Assembly (NCBI GenBank): GCA_964487045.1
Contig: CAZAOT010000002.1
Location: 195,511-259,510 of the forward strand
DNA from: an uncultured Candidatus Saccharibacteria bacterium
GTDB lineage: Bacteria; Patescibacteriota; UBA1384; DTJR01
Direction: 5' to 3'
Length of the DNA: 64,000 nt
Shown here in pieces: positions 17,673 to 27,872 of this stretch (position 1 is the stretch's first letter; every line of letters starts with the position of its first letter). The translations under genes and the position numbers were made by a program. Under the pieces are notes generated by a model. The model was not told the DNA's origin. It saw only the letters and a program-made list of their open reading frames with translations, and did no database searches.

Positions 17673-18868
17673 TGCGCCGCTCCTTCGTTTTTTAATATTT
17701 TACGATGGAGCTTTTGATAGTAGCCTTTGGCAAATCGATGAGCTTCATCACGAACTTGTTTAAATAGTGCTATTTCGCCACGAGGCAAAATTCTAGAAGT
17801 TATAATTTCGTCTTTTTTTCGATCTGGTCCTTTGGCCAGTCCGACAATCGGAATATTCAAATTCAAACTTTTTAGCACGATCACCGCCGAATTTACCTGC
17901 CCTTTTCCACCATCAATAACTATCAAATCCGGGTGTGGCCAATTGTTTCGAAATCGTCTTCGCAGTACTTCCTTCATCATCCCAGTATCATTGGCGCCTT
18001 GAACTGATTTAATTTTGAACTTTCGGTATTCACTCTTTTCAGCCAAACCGTCTATAAAAACAACCATCGAGCCTGTTGCGAACGATCCGGAAATGTTAGA
18101 AATATCATAGCCTTCTACACGATCAAAGATCGTGTCTATTTCTTTTTTTATAGCAAATGAATGCTTTAAATGTTCAAGAGCTTGAAGCCTATCTCTAATT
18201 TGCGCTGCCTGCTCGTATTCCTCGTTTTTGGAAAATTTATTTAAGTCTTTTTTTAAGCTAGAGATTACTCTATCTTTCTTTCCTTCAAAAAAATCCCTCA
18301 CTAATCGAATGCTTTTTCGATACTGGGCTTTATCTACTTGCGAAATACAAGGGGCCGCGCAAAGACCAAGATAACCATACAGACATTGTTTCTTAGGTAG
18401 TTTCCGACAAGACCTAAAAGGCGCAATTTTCCTAATCAGCTCCAAAGCCAACGCCAGCGAGGCTCCTGAAAAGAATGGCCCGTAGATAATGGGATTTTTT
18501 TCCTTGATAGAAACGAGATCGGTTTCTCTTAGCGTATAAACCCTTGGGAACTCTTCGCGGGTGATATGGATATAAAGCTTCGACTTATCATCTTTCTCTT
18601 TAATATTATATATCGGGGAGTGTTTCTTAATTAATCTACTTTCAAGCAAAATTGCTTCAACCGTAGAGTCAGTTTCGATATATTCAATTTCTACCACTTC
18701 GGACATTTGTTTGGCAGTTTTGGTTGGAAGATTTTTTTGAAAATATGAAAGAACTCTGTGCTTTAACGAAGTAGCTTTGCCAACATAGATTATTTCTTTT
18801 TGCGTATTTGACATCAAATAAACCCCAGGAGACTCAGGAAAATTATTAATGGATGATTTTAAACTCAT
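17669..18868 (-). CDS. uvrC: Excinuclease ABC subunit C (short form, no HhH tail)
   Basis: GVYLM...IYVGKA GIY-YIG, UVR (YEQAAQIRD), EGYDISN, IDGGKGQ, RDEAHRFA. Confidence 0.93.
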   Translation of the reverse strand: MSLKSSINNFPESPGVYLMSNTQKEIIYVGKATSLKHRVLSYFQKNLPTKTAKQMSEVVEIEYIETDSTVEAILLESRLIKKHSPIYNIKEKDDKSKLYIHITREEFPRVYTLRETDLVSIKEKNPIIYGPFFSGASLALALELIRKIAPFRSCRKLPKKQCLYGYLGLCAAPCISQVDKAQYRKSIRLVRDFFEGKKDRVISSLKKDLNKFSKNEEYEQAAQIRDRLQALEHLKHSFAIKKEIDTIFDRVEGYDISNISGSFATGSMVVFIDGLAEKSEYRKFKIKSVQGANDTGMMKEVLRRRFRNNWPHPDLIVIDGGKGQVNSAVIVLKSLNLNIPIVGLAKGPDRKKDEIITSRILPRGEIALFKQVRDEAHRFAKGYYQKLHRKILKNEGAAH

Positions 18869-21681
18869 AGTAACTTTTTAAGATATTGTCCAGTTGAAGA
18901 ATTCTTCATGCCAGCAATAATCTCGGGACTTCCAGCAGCCACTATCTTTCCACCAGCTTCCCCTCCCTCTGGTCCAAGATCAATAATGTAATCAGCGACC
19001 TTGATCACGTCGAGATTATGTTCGATCACTACTACCGTGTTGCCAGCATCTACTAATCTATTAATTACCATAAGTAGCTTGGCAACATCATCGAAATGCA
19101 ATCCTGTCGTTGGCTCATCCAAAATATATAAAGTCTTGCCAGTAGCACGCTTTGATAGTTCGCTTGATAATTTGATTCGCTGAGCCTCCCCACCAGAAAG
19201 AGTCGTTGCGCTTTGGCCTAATTTCACATAGCCAAGACCAACATCCTTAAGCACCTTCAAAATATCATTTAGCTTCGGAATGCTTTTGAAGAATTCGTAT
19301 GCCTCCTCAACAGTTAAATCTAAAACGTCAGCGATATTTTTATCTTTATACTTAACTTCTAGGGTTTCGCGATTATATCTCTTGCCCTGACAAACGTCAC
19401 AAGGAATATAAACATCTGGCAAAAAATGCATTTCAATTTTTAACATTCCATCACCGGAGCATTTTTCACAACGACCGCCAGATACATTGAAAGAAAATCT
19501 TCCGGGCTTATATCCTCTAATTCTTGCCTCTTCGGTTGCCGCATATAGTTCACGAATAATATCAAAAGCTTTTGTATATGTTGCTGGATTTGATCGTGGT
19601 GTTCGACCAATCGGCGACTGATCAATATCGATAATTTTATCGATATTTTCTTTGCCAAGAATTTCTCTATATTGACCTGGCTTTTGCCAAGAACGCCCTA
19701 GTTCACGCGACAAGCCTTTAAACAGAATCTCATTAACAAGTGTTGATTTTCCAGATCCTGAAACACCCGTAACGCAGGTCAGAAGGCCGATCGGAATTTT
19801 GACATTAAGGTTTTTCAAATTATTTTCACTTGCCCCTACGATCGAAATATATTCGCCGCTTAATTTTCTTCTTGAGCGGGGAACTTCAATCTTCTTATCC
19901 CCCCTCAAATATTGCGCGGTCATCGAGTTTGTTTTCATAACTTCGCCTATTGAGCCCTGGGCTACAACTTCTCCTCCATTTACTCCAGCTCCCGGTCCGA
20001 TATCGATAATGTGATCAGCCGATCTAATTGTCTCTTCATCATGTTCAATCACCAAAACCGAGTTGCCTAGATCGCGAAGATTTTTAAGAGTATCAAGCAA
20101 GCGATTATTGTCTCGCTGGTGAAGGCCAATCGAAGGCTCATCTAGAACATAAAGTACACCGACTAAACCAGACCCAATTTGTGAAGCTAGCCTAATTCTT
20201 TGAGTCTCTCCGCCAGAGAGTGAATTTGCATATCGACTCAGAGTAAGATAATTAAGTCCGACATCGCTTAAGAATTTTAGTCTTGATGTAATTTCTTTTA
20301 TCAAACGCTCGGCAATAGTTTTTTCATTTTCATTTAATTTAGCACTGGAGAAAAAATCCAAGCATTTATCGATCGACATCGAAGTTACTTCATCAATATT
20401 TTTTCCATCTATCTTTACTGACAACGCTGATTCTTTTAATCTCTTACCTTTGCATTTCTCACAAGGCTGCTTGGACATGTATTTGGTAATCTCTTCCTTG
20501 ACCGCATCAGAATCAGTCTTGTGATATCTGGATTCAAGCAAACTTGCTAAACCATTAAAATAAATATAGAAAGTCCGAGCACGACCCTTTGTATAATAAG
20601 TTACTTTAAGCGGCTCTTCTGCGCCGCGACCATTTATCAGATAATCTATCTGGTCTGCTTTTAAATTTTTGATTGGAACATTTGTCTTAGCGCCAACTTC
20701 AGCCGCAGCCGCCCTAATGATTGAGCCATAATAATTAAAAGTTGAATAACTCCACGGCAAAAATGCTCCCTCTTCGATAGTTTTATTTTGATCAGGCGCG
20801 ATCAAACTTTCATCAACTTCTTGCGAATATCCAATTCCTAAACAATCCTCGCAAGCACCGTATGGACTATTAAACGAGAAGAGTCTAGGTTCGAGCTCAT
20901 CAAAAATATGTCCTTGCGAACAAGAAAATTTTGTTGAAAACGTCAGTTCCTCATCCCCGGATGAAATTATTACTCGGCCATCTGCTTCTAGAGTTGCTCT
21001 CTCTATCGCCTCGTTTAATCTAAGGGCATTTGCCTTTTCGATTTTGCCAACAATTTCAAAACTATCAACTAACAGATCAATTGTATGAACTTTATATCTT
21101 TCCAATCTCTTTGCCTGGCGCAGATTTACTTCCTTACCATCAATTCGAGCATTTTCGTAACCTTTTTGAAAATATTCCTGAAGCAGCGTAAGATAATCAC
21201 CCTTTCGACCTCGCACCACTGGAGAGAAAATTTTTACACTTTTTCCTTCTAAATTAGTAAAGATAAAATCAGCAATTTCATCGACTGAATATTGTTGAAT
21301 TGGAAGACCATCAATCGGGCAATATGCTTTTCCAATTCGTGCAAACAGAACTCTTAGATAATCATAAATTTCAGTAACCGTGCCGACAGTTGAACGAGGA
21401 TTTTTAGAAACTGCCTTTTGATCGATAGAAACAGCCGGCGACAATCCTTCGATATAGTCTACATCTGGTTTTTCCATTTGACCCAAGAATTGTCTAGCGT
21501 AACTAGATAAAGACTCGATATATCTTCTCTGACCTTCGGCAAAAATTGTATCAAATGCCAAAGAAGACTTGCCGGATCCTGACAAGCCAGTAATAACTAC
21601 AAATTTATTTCTTGGGATCTCGACATCAATATTTTTTAAATTATGTTCTCGAGCTCCCTTTACAAAAATCACGTCTTCCAT
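18865..21681 (-). CDS. uvrA: Excinuclease ABC subunit A
   Basis: GAREHNLKN, GLSGSGKSS, two ABC cassettes, Zn fingers. Confidence 0.98.
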   Translation of the reverse strand: MEDVIFVKGAREHNLKNIDVEIPRNKFVVITGLSGSGKSSLAFDTIFAEGQRRYIESLSSYARQFLGQMEKPDVDYIEGLSPAVSIDQKAVSKNPRSTVGTVTEIYDYLRVLFARIGKAYCPIDGLPIQQYSVDEIADFIFTNLEGKSVKIFSPVVRGRKGDYLTLLQEYFQKGYENARIDGKEVNLRQAKRLERYKVHTIDLLVDSFEIVGKIEKANALRLNEAIERATLEADGRVIISSGDEELTFSTKFSCSQGHIFDELEPRLFSFNSPYGACEDCLGIGYSQEVDESLIAPDQNKTIEEGAFLPWSYSTFNYYGSIIRAAAAEVGAKTNVPIKNLKADQIDYLINGRGAEEPLKVTYYTKGRARTFYIYFNGLASLLESRYHKTDSDAVKEEITKYMSKQPCEKCKGKRLKESALSVKIDGKNIDEVTSMSIDKCLDFFSSAKLNENEKTIAERLIKEITSRLKFLSDVGLNYLTLSRYANSLSGGETQRIRLASQIGSGLVGVLYVLDEPSIGLHQRDNNRLLDTLKNLRDLGNSVLVIEHDEETIRSADHIIDIGPGAGVNGGEVVAQGSIGEVMKTNSMTAQYLRGDKKIEVPRSRRKLSGEYISIVGASENNLKNLNVKIPIGLLTCVTGVSGSGKSTLVNEILFKGLSRELGRSWQKPGQYREILGKENIDKIIDIDQSPIGRTPRSNPATYTKAFDIIRELYAATEEARIRGYKPGRFSFNVSGGRCEKCSGDGMLKIEMHFLPDVYIPCDVCQGKRYNRETLEVKYKDKNIADVLDLTVEEAYEFFKSIPKLNDILKVLKDVGLGYVKLGQSATTLSGGEAQRIKLSSELSKRATGKTLYILDEPTTGLHFDDVAKLLMVINRLVDAGNTVVVIEHNLDVIKVADYIIDLGPEGGEAGGKIVAAGSPEIIAGMKNSSTGQYLKKLL

Positions 21682-21725
21682 AGAGCACAATTATATGAAA
21701 AAACCGAACATAATGCAAACATCCG

Positions 21726-23717
21726 TTACCTGACTTTATTAAAAAATCCTGCAGCTTTCTTGAGTTCAATCGCCTGATCACGAAGTATCGCAGCTTCTTC
21801 AAACCTCATCTGCTCAGCCGCCTCCTTCATACTCTTTTCTTTCTCTTTTATCAGAGCCTTGATATCTGTTTGGGATAAATCTTTTTCAACATCATCAAGC
21901 TCTAGAGGTTTCAAATTTTCTACAATCGAATTAATTTCTTTTTTAATTGTAGTGGGAGTTATATGATGAACTTTATTATATTCTAGCTGAATAGCTCGCC
22001 TACGATTAGTCTCGTCGATGGCCCTCTTCATCGATCCAGTTATATTGTCAGCATAAAGGATAACTTTACCGTTGATATTTCTGGCAGCGCGACCAATCGT
22101 CTGAACAAGAGAAGTTTCTGATCTGAGAAATCCTTCTTTGTCAGCATCTAAAATTACTACAAGTGAGACTTCAGGCAGATCGAGTCCTTCTCTAAGAAGG
22201 TTTACCCCGATCAAAACATCAAACTCTCCTTGGCGAAGCGCAGAAAGGATTTCGATTCTCTCAAGTGTCTCTACATCAGAATGAAGATATCTAACCAAAA
22301 TATCTTTTTCTTTCAGATATGCTGTAAGATCTTCAGCCATTTTTTTAGTAAGAGTAGTTACTAAAGTTCGTTCATTATTTTTAACTCGTTTTTCAACTTC
22401 ACTTAGCAAATCATCGATTTGATTTTCAGAAGGCTTTATTACCACCTCAGGATCTATCAACCCTGTCGGACGGACCACCTGCTCGACGACTACATCCTTA
22501 GACTTTTCCTTTTCATAGATAGCAGGAGTTGCTGAAACAAATATCGTTTGAGGCATTTTCTTTTCAAATTCATCAAATTTAAGTGGACGATTATCTTTGG
22601 CCGCTGGAAGTCTAAAGCCAAAATCAACCAATGCATTTTTTCGAGACCTATCACCTTCATACATTGCTCGAACCTGTGACACGGTGACATGACTTTCATC
22701 AATTACCATCAGATAATCATCTCCATAATGCTCCTTAAAATAATCAAGCAAAGTGTAAGGTGCTTCTCCTGGCAAGCGACCATCAAAATATCTTGAATAA
22801 TTTTCAATGCCATTGCAGTAGCCGATTTCGCGTATCATCTCGATGTCGTAACGCGTCCGCCTTGAAAGTCGCTCCGCTTCAATAATCTTTCCATCTTTTT
22901 GAAATTTTTTAAGCTGCTCATCAAGATCCTTTTCAATCTGGCTGATCGCGCCTTCTCTTGTCTCTTGAGGAATTACATAATGGCCAACAGGAAATATTTG
23001 CAACTCATTAATATTTTCCAAAACGTTACGATTTAATTTATGAAGAACTTCAATTTTATTGACTACTCCGCCCTCAAGATCAAAGCGATAAATAAGCTCT
23101 TTGTCGGCAGGCATTAGCTCAAAGTAATTTCCCATTAATCTAAAAGTACCCCGTTTAAGTTCGACCTCATCTCGATTGAAATTTAAAGCAAGTAACTTTT
23201 TCATAAGGTCGTATCCGCTTGTAGCGTCACCGACTTTTATTTCAACAATACTTCTTCGATATAATTCTGGAGAGCCTAGACCATAAATACAGGACACCGA
23301 AGCAACTACAATCACATCATCTCTAGAAAGAATTGACTGTGAAGCGGAATTTCTAAGTCGGTCGATCTCTTCATTAATCGTCGATTCCTTTTCGATATAC
23401 GTATCAGTATTGGGAAGATATGCTTCCGGCTGATAATAGTCGTAATAACTGACAAAATACTCAACCGCATTATTTGGGAAAAACTGCCTAAATTCCTGAG
23501 TTAATTGAGCTGCTAACGTCTTATTATGAGCGATAACTATCGTCGGTTTTTGGGTTTTATCTATAACATTAGCAATCGTAAAGGTCTTTCCACTTCCGGT
23601 TACGCCAAGAAGAGTTTGGAATTTGACTCCATTATTGATGTTTTTCGATAACTCCGAAATTGCCTCTGGTTGACTCCCAGAAGGCTTAAGGTCGGATATA
23701 AGTTTAAACTTGGACAT
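21726..23717 (-). CDS. uvrB: Excinuclease ABC subunit B
   Basis: GVTGSGKT, YYDYYQPEAY, DESH, QTIGRAAR. Confidence 0.98.
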   Translation of the reverse strand: MSKFKLISDLKPSGSQPEAISELSKNINNGVKFQTLLGVTGSGKTFTIANVIDKTQKPTIVIAHNKTLAAQLTQEFRQFFPNNAVEYFVSYYDYYQPEAYLPNTDTYIEKESTINEEIDRLRNSASQSILSRDDVIVVASVSCIYGLGSPELYRRSIVEIKVGDATSGYDLMKKLLALNFNRDEVELKRGTFRLMGNYFELMPADKELIYRFDLEGGVVNKIEVLHKLNRNVLENINELQIFPVGHYVIPQETREGAISQIEKDLDEQLKKFQKDGKIIEAERLSRRTRYDIEMIREIGYCNGIENYSRYFDGRLPGEAPYTLLDYFKEHYGDDYLMVIDESHVTVSQVRAMYEGDRSRKNALVDFGFRLPAAKDNRPLKFDEFEKKMPQTIFVSATPAIYEKEKSKDVVVEQVVRPTGLIDPEVVIKPSENQIDDLLSEVEKRVKNNERTLVTTLTKKMAEDLTAYLKEKDILVRYLHSDVETLERIEILSALRQGEFDVLIGVNLLREGLDLPEVSLVVILDADKEGFLRSETSLVQTIGRAARNINGKVILYADNITGSMKRAIDETNRRRAIQLEYNKVHHITPTTIKKEINSIVENLKPLELDDVEKDLSQTDIKALIKEKEKSMKEAAEQMRFEEAAILRDQAIELKKAAGFFNKVR

Positions 23718-23769
23718 AATTAAAGACTACAATAGCAGATTGCACCCTTAAAATGAAGTAGCGACTTAA

Positions 23770-24210
23770 TTATTTAGCTTTTAACAGCGGACCTAGATCG
23801 ACGTTCTTGCCCTGAACTTGTGCTTTTAGGGAGTAGCTCTTACCGTTTTCGGTTTTTGTATAATCCATGCCAAGCGGAACTTCCTTGAGTAGGTCGGGAG
23901 TTAAATCGTCTAGTTTGTCTGGATATTTGCCCTTTTCTATACCATAAACGTCGAGCGCTTGCTGAACTTCTAGAACAGGAGTGTATGATTTTTGAAATTT
24001 AGCGTATTTAAGCCCTCCATATGATGTATACGAGAGAAGAAGGAGTGCAATTATACTTATTAGTGTAACTACCCATTTTGTTGCATTAGACCAGCGCGAA
24101 ACAAGCCATACAGGAATGGCCGCGACTGGCGTTAGATAGGCGATACAAACGATACAAACAATATCTCGCCAGCTTTCTGATTTCTCAACTTGATTAGCTG
24201 TTTCTTCCAT
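23770..24210 (-). CDS. Membrane protein with GspG/pilin-like C-terminal region
   Basis: Two TM segments then VQQALDVYGIEKGKYPDKLDDL...SYSL. Confidence 0.6.
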   Translation of the reverse strand: MEETANQVEKSESWRDIVCIVCIAYLTPVAAIPVWLVSRWSNATKWVVTLISIIALLLLSYTSYGGLKYAKFQKSYTPVLEVQQALDVYGIEKGKYPDKLDDLTPDLLKEVPLGMDYTKTENGKSYSLKAQVQGKNVDLGPLLKAK

Positions 24211-24283
24211 ATGTATATTTTAACACAAATTTAATAATGCAAGTACATTTTGCCATTGAGCTTACCAGTGATAAGATAAATTA

Positions 24284-24667
24284 ATGAAAGTGATTGCATT
24301 TGGAACATTCGATCCAATCCATAAAGGCCATGAAGACTTTTTAAGGCAAGCCAAGAAACTCGGGCATTTAATTGTAGTAGTTTCTCACGATGATAAGATT
24401 AAGCTTGAGAAGAACAGGGATCCAAGAGAGTCCAGCCATGATAGACTTGAAAAAGTAAAAGCTCTAAATATCGCTGATGAAATAATTATAAGTGAACCAG
24501 GAGAGCAATTTAATTTGCTCGAAAATATAAATCCCGATATTATTGCTCTCGGTTACGACCAGAAAATCCCTGAACCCTTGAAAAATAAGGTAAAAAAGTA
24601 TAATATAATAACGCTCAAGCCCTTTAAACCGGAAGTCTATAAGTCAACGCTTCTGACTAAAAAGTAG
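24284..24667 (+). CDS. Cytidylyltransferase-family protein (RibL-type FAD synthase-like)
   Basis: GTFDPIHKGH HxGH motif, PDIIALGYDQ, YKST. Confidence 0.85.
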   Translation: MKVIAFGTFDPIHKGHEDFLRQAKKLGHLIVVVSHDDKIKLEKNRDPRESSHDRLEKVKALNIADEIIISEPGEQFNLLENINPDIIALGYDQKIPEPLKNKVKKYNIITLKPFKPEVYKSTLLTKK

Positions 24668-24696
24668 TTACTTGATTATTTACAAATTTAATTGGG

Positions 24697-24771
24697 GGCC
24701 TCATCATCTAGTGGTTAGGATACCAGGTTTTCATCCTGGACACCGGGGTTCGACTCCCCGTGAGGTCACCA
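24697..24771 (+). tRNA. tRNA-Glu(TTC)
   Basis: GGCCTCA/TGAGGTC acceptor, anticodon arm CCAGG-TTTTCAT-CCTGG, GTTCGAC T-loop, CCA. Confidence 0.96.
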
Positions 24772-24819
24772 ATTAAATTTGTCTAGTAAGGAGTAGGTTT
24801 TTGTTCCACCCAAAAACCG

Positions 24820-24859
24820 CATCCTGGACACCGGGGTTCGACTCCCCGTGAGGTCACCA
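24820..24859 (+). repeat. Exact 40-bp duplicate of the tRNA-Glu 3' half
   Basis: Identical to 24732-24771. Confidence 0.95.
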
Positions 24860-24920
24860 TCAGAAAATCACCCGAAAGGGTGGTTTTTTGATGGCTTTGA
24901 TCCACGGGAAAAGAGTCGAA

Positions 24921-24998
24921 GGCCGGAGTGAGCGAAGGCGAACGAGGCGGGGTCGACGGAAATTTCAGCAGGAATTTACCGGTGACCGACTCCCCGTG
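24921..24998 (+). repeat. tRNA-linked structured element, copy A
   Basis: GGGGTCGA-stem-CAGCAG-stem-GTGAC then CGACTCCCCGTG (tRNA-Glu sequence from the T-loop). Confidence 0.8.
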
Positions 24999-25073
24999 CG
25001 CTTTTCGGACGCAACGAAAAGCTAATGTAATTCACCAACTATTTTTTATTTCTCAACTTTAGGGTATTAGATT

Positions 25074-26041
25074 TTAGTAGACATAAACCCAAAAAGCTTT
25101 ACCCGAAGGTAGCTTGGAAACGGATCCAATCTGACCGCTTGGACAGTTAGCTGATACTTGCGTATCAGAAAGTAGTTTAAAATACTCACAAGACTGACTA
25201 GCTAATTCGTTATCAATTATATAAACATTATTAAGGATCCTGTTCTCACTAGACCACCCATCAATAGATTTGATCTGACCATCTATTTCCAGCTGAATTT
25301 GGGATTTTGATTTTTCATTAACCGACCAAAGCAAATTCCATCCCTTAGAAACCTTGTAAAGATTCACAATTACTAAATCTACTGGAACAGATATTGTTTT
25401 TGCAGATCCGGGATTATATACATAATACCCATAGAACTGGCTCGCATTAAACGAAGAACCACCAGGATATAAAAGCCATTTGTTGTTTACGCCATCGAAT
25501 CTATACAGATAAAGACCATTTTGCGCAAAGAAGTCACCTGACACCTCTTTTGTATTTCCAAAAACACTAAATCCATGGGGAAAAGATATCGTCTTATAAT
25601 TTGCTCCACTCGAAGTTGATGGTAATGATGATGACGCACCAGAAACGTCCCTTTCCCTCATAGGACCTATTTCACCAAATACTCCCGATTCTTTAAAATT
25701 AAATGGTTCAAATCCAATCAAGCTAATTGCAGGTGAACTTGTCTTGAGACGATAGTCCCCCGCACCCGCATCCTCAAATTGCGGATCAGCAAATACCGAA
25801 TGATTTTCTAAATTGTTGATTCCATTAGCTTGCCACAGATTTTCAAGCCATGACCATGCTCTTAATTTTGGTCCGCCATTATTTATAAAAACTGATGGAT
25901 GACTTGTATCTTCACCAGAATAATCAAAATACAAATTATAGTCCCTTTGCGCAATCATTTTTGCGAGCATCTCCCTCTCTAAGCCCACAGCACAATCAGA
26001 GTTCAGATAAAGTGGGCGAGTTGGATTATTTGGATCACCTG
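25074..26041 (-). pseudogene. 5'-truncated surface protein (beta-helix-type tail plus conserved C-terminal domain)
   Basis: Frame stays open up to the duplication junction at 26041; no signal peptide; DYNLY...ADPQFED...DYRLKTSSPAI; C-terminus similar to 12846..14942. Confidence 0.7.
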
Positions 26042-26392
26042 GGCGCGAGCTTTCACATCCGCTTTCTTCATATGATAAAGTTCACCAACCATCTCAAGTG
26101 TTTCTCTGCCTGTCATAAATTCATCAACGGCTGCAAACTGGCCAGCCAATCCTATTTCATGCCTAACCTTAGAGCCTTCAGTGCAAACATCAAATCCAGC
26201 AACCTCCATCGTCCCACTATCTGGCATCGTAAGTGTTGCTAAAAGTCTTACTAAAGTAGTCTTGCCAGCTCCGTTTGGACCTAGCAATGCATGAATCGTG
26301 CCCTTTTCGATATCCAGGCTCAATCGATCTAAGGCAACAGTTTTGCCAAAACTTTTTGTAATATCCTTTACGTGAATAATTGCTTGAGCCAT
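26003..26392 (-). pseudogene. Truncated duplicate of ABC ATPase 39324..40262
   Basis: Identical to the first 117 aa (to DVKARA), then unrelated out-of-frame tail; no Walker B. Confidence 0.9.
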
Positions 26393-26824
26393 TTTACCTA
26401 GATTCCTTAATTTTTCTCTTAACCTTTTCCTTCATTTCAACCACCCTGGATGAAAACGCCGTCATTTTGTCCAGAAATTCATTTAGTTTCTCAGCTTCAA
26501 TCATATGAAGCATTTCCCCAACACCAAAAAATACAAACTTATCACCGGTTTTAATTTTTAATTCATCTCGAGCTTCAATAGGCACAACAATTTGGCCTTT
26601 CTCCCCGATAGTTCCGACTCCGTAAAATTTCTTACATTGATGCATTTTTTCACTATTTGATTATTTCCTACATTTCATACATTACATACTAAACATAATG
26701 ATGTCAATAAAAAAATGAGCATTTGCCCATTTTTTTTACGGTACCTCTGGCGCTTATTCGACTCCCTCGGCTGCCAAATATCAACAAAAAAAGAGCTAAT
26801 GCTCGTTCTTTGTTGATCTGGTAC
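26042..26824. repeat. 783-bp direct repeat, copy 1 (copy 2 at 39912-40694)
   Basis: Near-identical at offset 13870; differences seen only in the hairpin at ~26790-26810. Confidence 0.95.
26394..26645 (-). CDS. AbrB/MazE/SpoVT-family DNA-binding protein (duplicate copy)
   Basis: GTIGEKGQIVVPIEARDELKIKTGDK; identical to 40264..40515. Confidence 0.9.
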   Translation of the reverse strand: MHQCKKFYGVGTIGEKGQIVVPIEARDELKIKTGDKFVFFGVGEMLHMIEAEKLNEFLDKMTAFSSRVVEMKEKVKRKIKESR

Positions 26825-27063
26825 CCTACTCCGGTCTATAAACCTCATCAGATACCTTAGTCACTATACCTTGTAGAAGCACTTTTTTCAAGAAAAAATG
26901 GCACACAATGGCACAGTATAAAAAAGGGGTGTTCCATTTTATATTTGACTTAGTTGGTCCACCCGTCATCCATTAAAATTTGATAGATATTTCTCATTTC
27001 TTTATTGCACTATTGACAATTTATGACATATGTTCTATATTCAATCTGTAATGAAAGGAATAT

Positions 27064-27582
27064 ATGCGAGGAAGACCTAAGAGAAAAAGATGTATAAACT
27101 TTGTACCAGAGATTACTTATTTTAAGCCAGCGGGTATCCCCCTTCGTGAACTCCAAGAAGAGATACTTTCTTTAGATGAGGCAGAAGCTCTTCGGCTTAC
27201 GGATATTGAAGGACTTGACCAAGAAACTGCCGCAAAGAAAATGGGTATAGTCAGAATAACTTATCTAAATATCATCCATAGCGCGCACAAAAAAGTTGCA
27301 CGAGCTTTAATATACGGAAAAAGCATCCAATTGAAGGGAGGTGATGTTATAATGCCGAACCTAGATGGAACTGGACCGCAGGGTCAAGGACCGATGACAG
27401 GCAGAGGCCAGGGTAGAGGAATGGGTAGAGGACAAAATGCACCTGGGCCAAGAGCTGGCGGAAGCGCGGAATGCACTTGCCCAAGTTGCGGCGAGAAAGT
27501 TGCTCACACTAAAGGAGTGCCTTGCTCGCAAACCAAATGTCCGAAATGTGATACGCCAATGCGTGGCGTGTTCTGTAGCTAA
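27064..27582 (+). CDS. DUF134 (UPF0251) HTH protein with Gly-rich linker and C-terminal Zn ribbon
   Basis: [33 protein letters not shown]; CTCPSCG...PC...CPKC. Confidence 0.88.
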   Translation: MRGRPKRKRCINFVPEITYFKPAGIPLRELQEEILSLDEAEALRLTDIEGLDQETAAKKMGIVRITYLNIIHSAHKKVARALIYGKSIQLKGGDVIMPNLDGTGPQGQGPMTGRGQGRGMGRGQNAPGPRAGGSAECTCPSCGEKVAHTKGVPCSQTKCPKCDTPMRGVFCS

Positions 27583-27872
27583 GAAAAAAGAGTCGGATGC
27601 GTACGACCGGCTCTTTTTTTGTTTAAAATTTATAATAAGGAGAAAATTGGCTAATTTTTAACAGGTTGGAGGGCCGAGTGGGATCCTCGGCGATAATAGC
27701 TTTTTCAAATGAACATCGCCTTGCGCACCCATCCTTCGGATGGGTTCAATTCCGAGACAATCTTCCATCAAAAAACCACCCTTTCGGGTGTTTTTCTGAT
27801 GGAGGGCCTTATCTTACGCTATTATAACCTTGATTGAAGATAATGAATACTGGAAAGCACTCGGTTCTAAAC

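Noticed and set aside
24787-24798. TAAGGAGTAGGT identical to part of tRNA-Arg(TCT)
   Set aside because: 12-bp match without flanking similarity; compatible with chance
26897-26915. AATGGCACA direct repeat
   Set aside because: Only two copies and no context to assign a function
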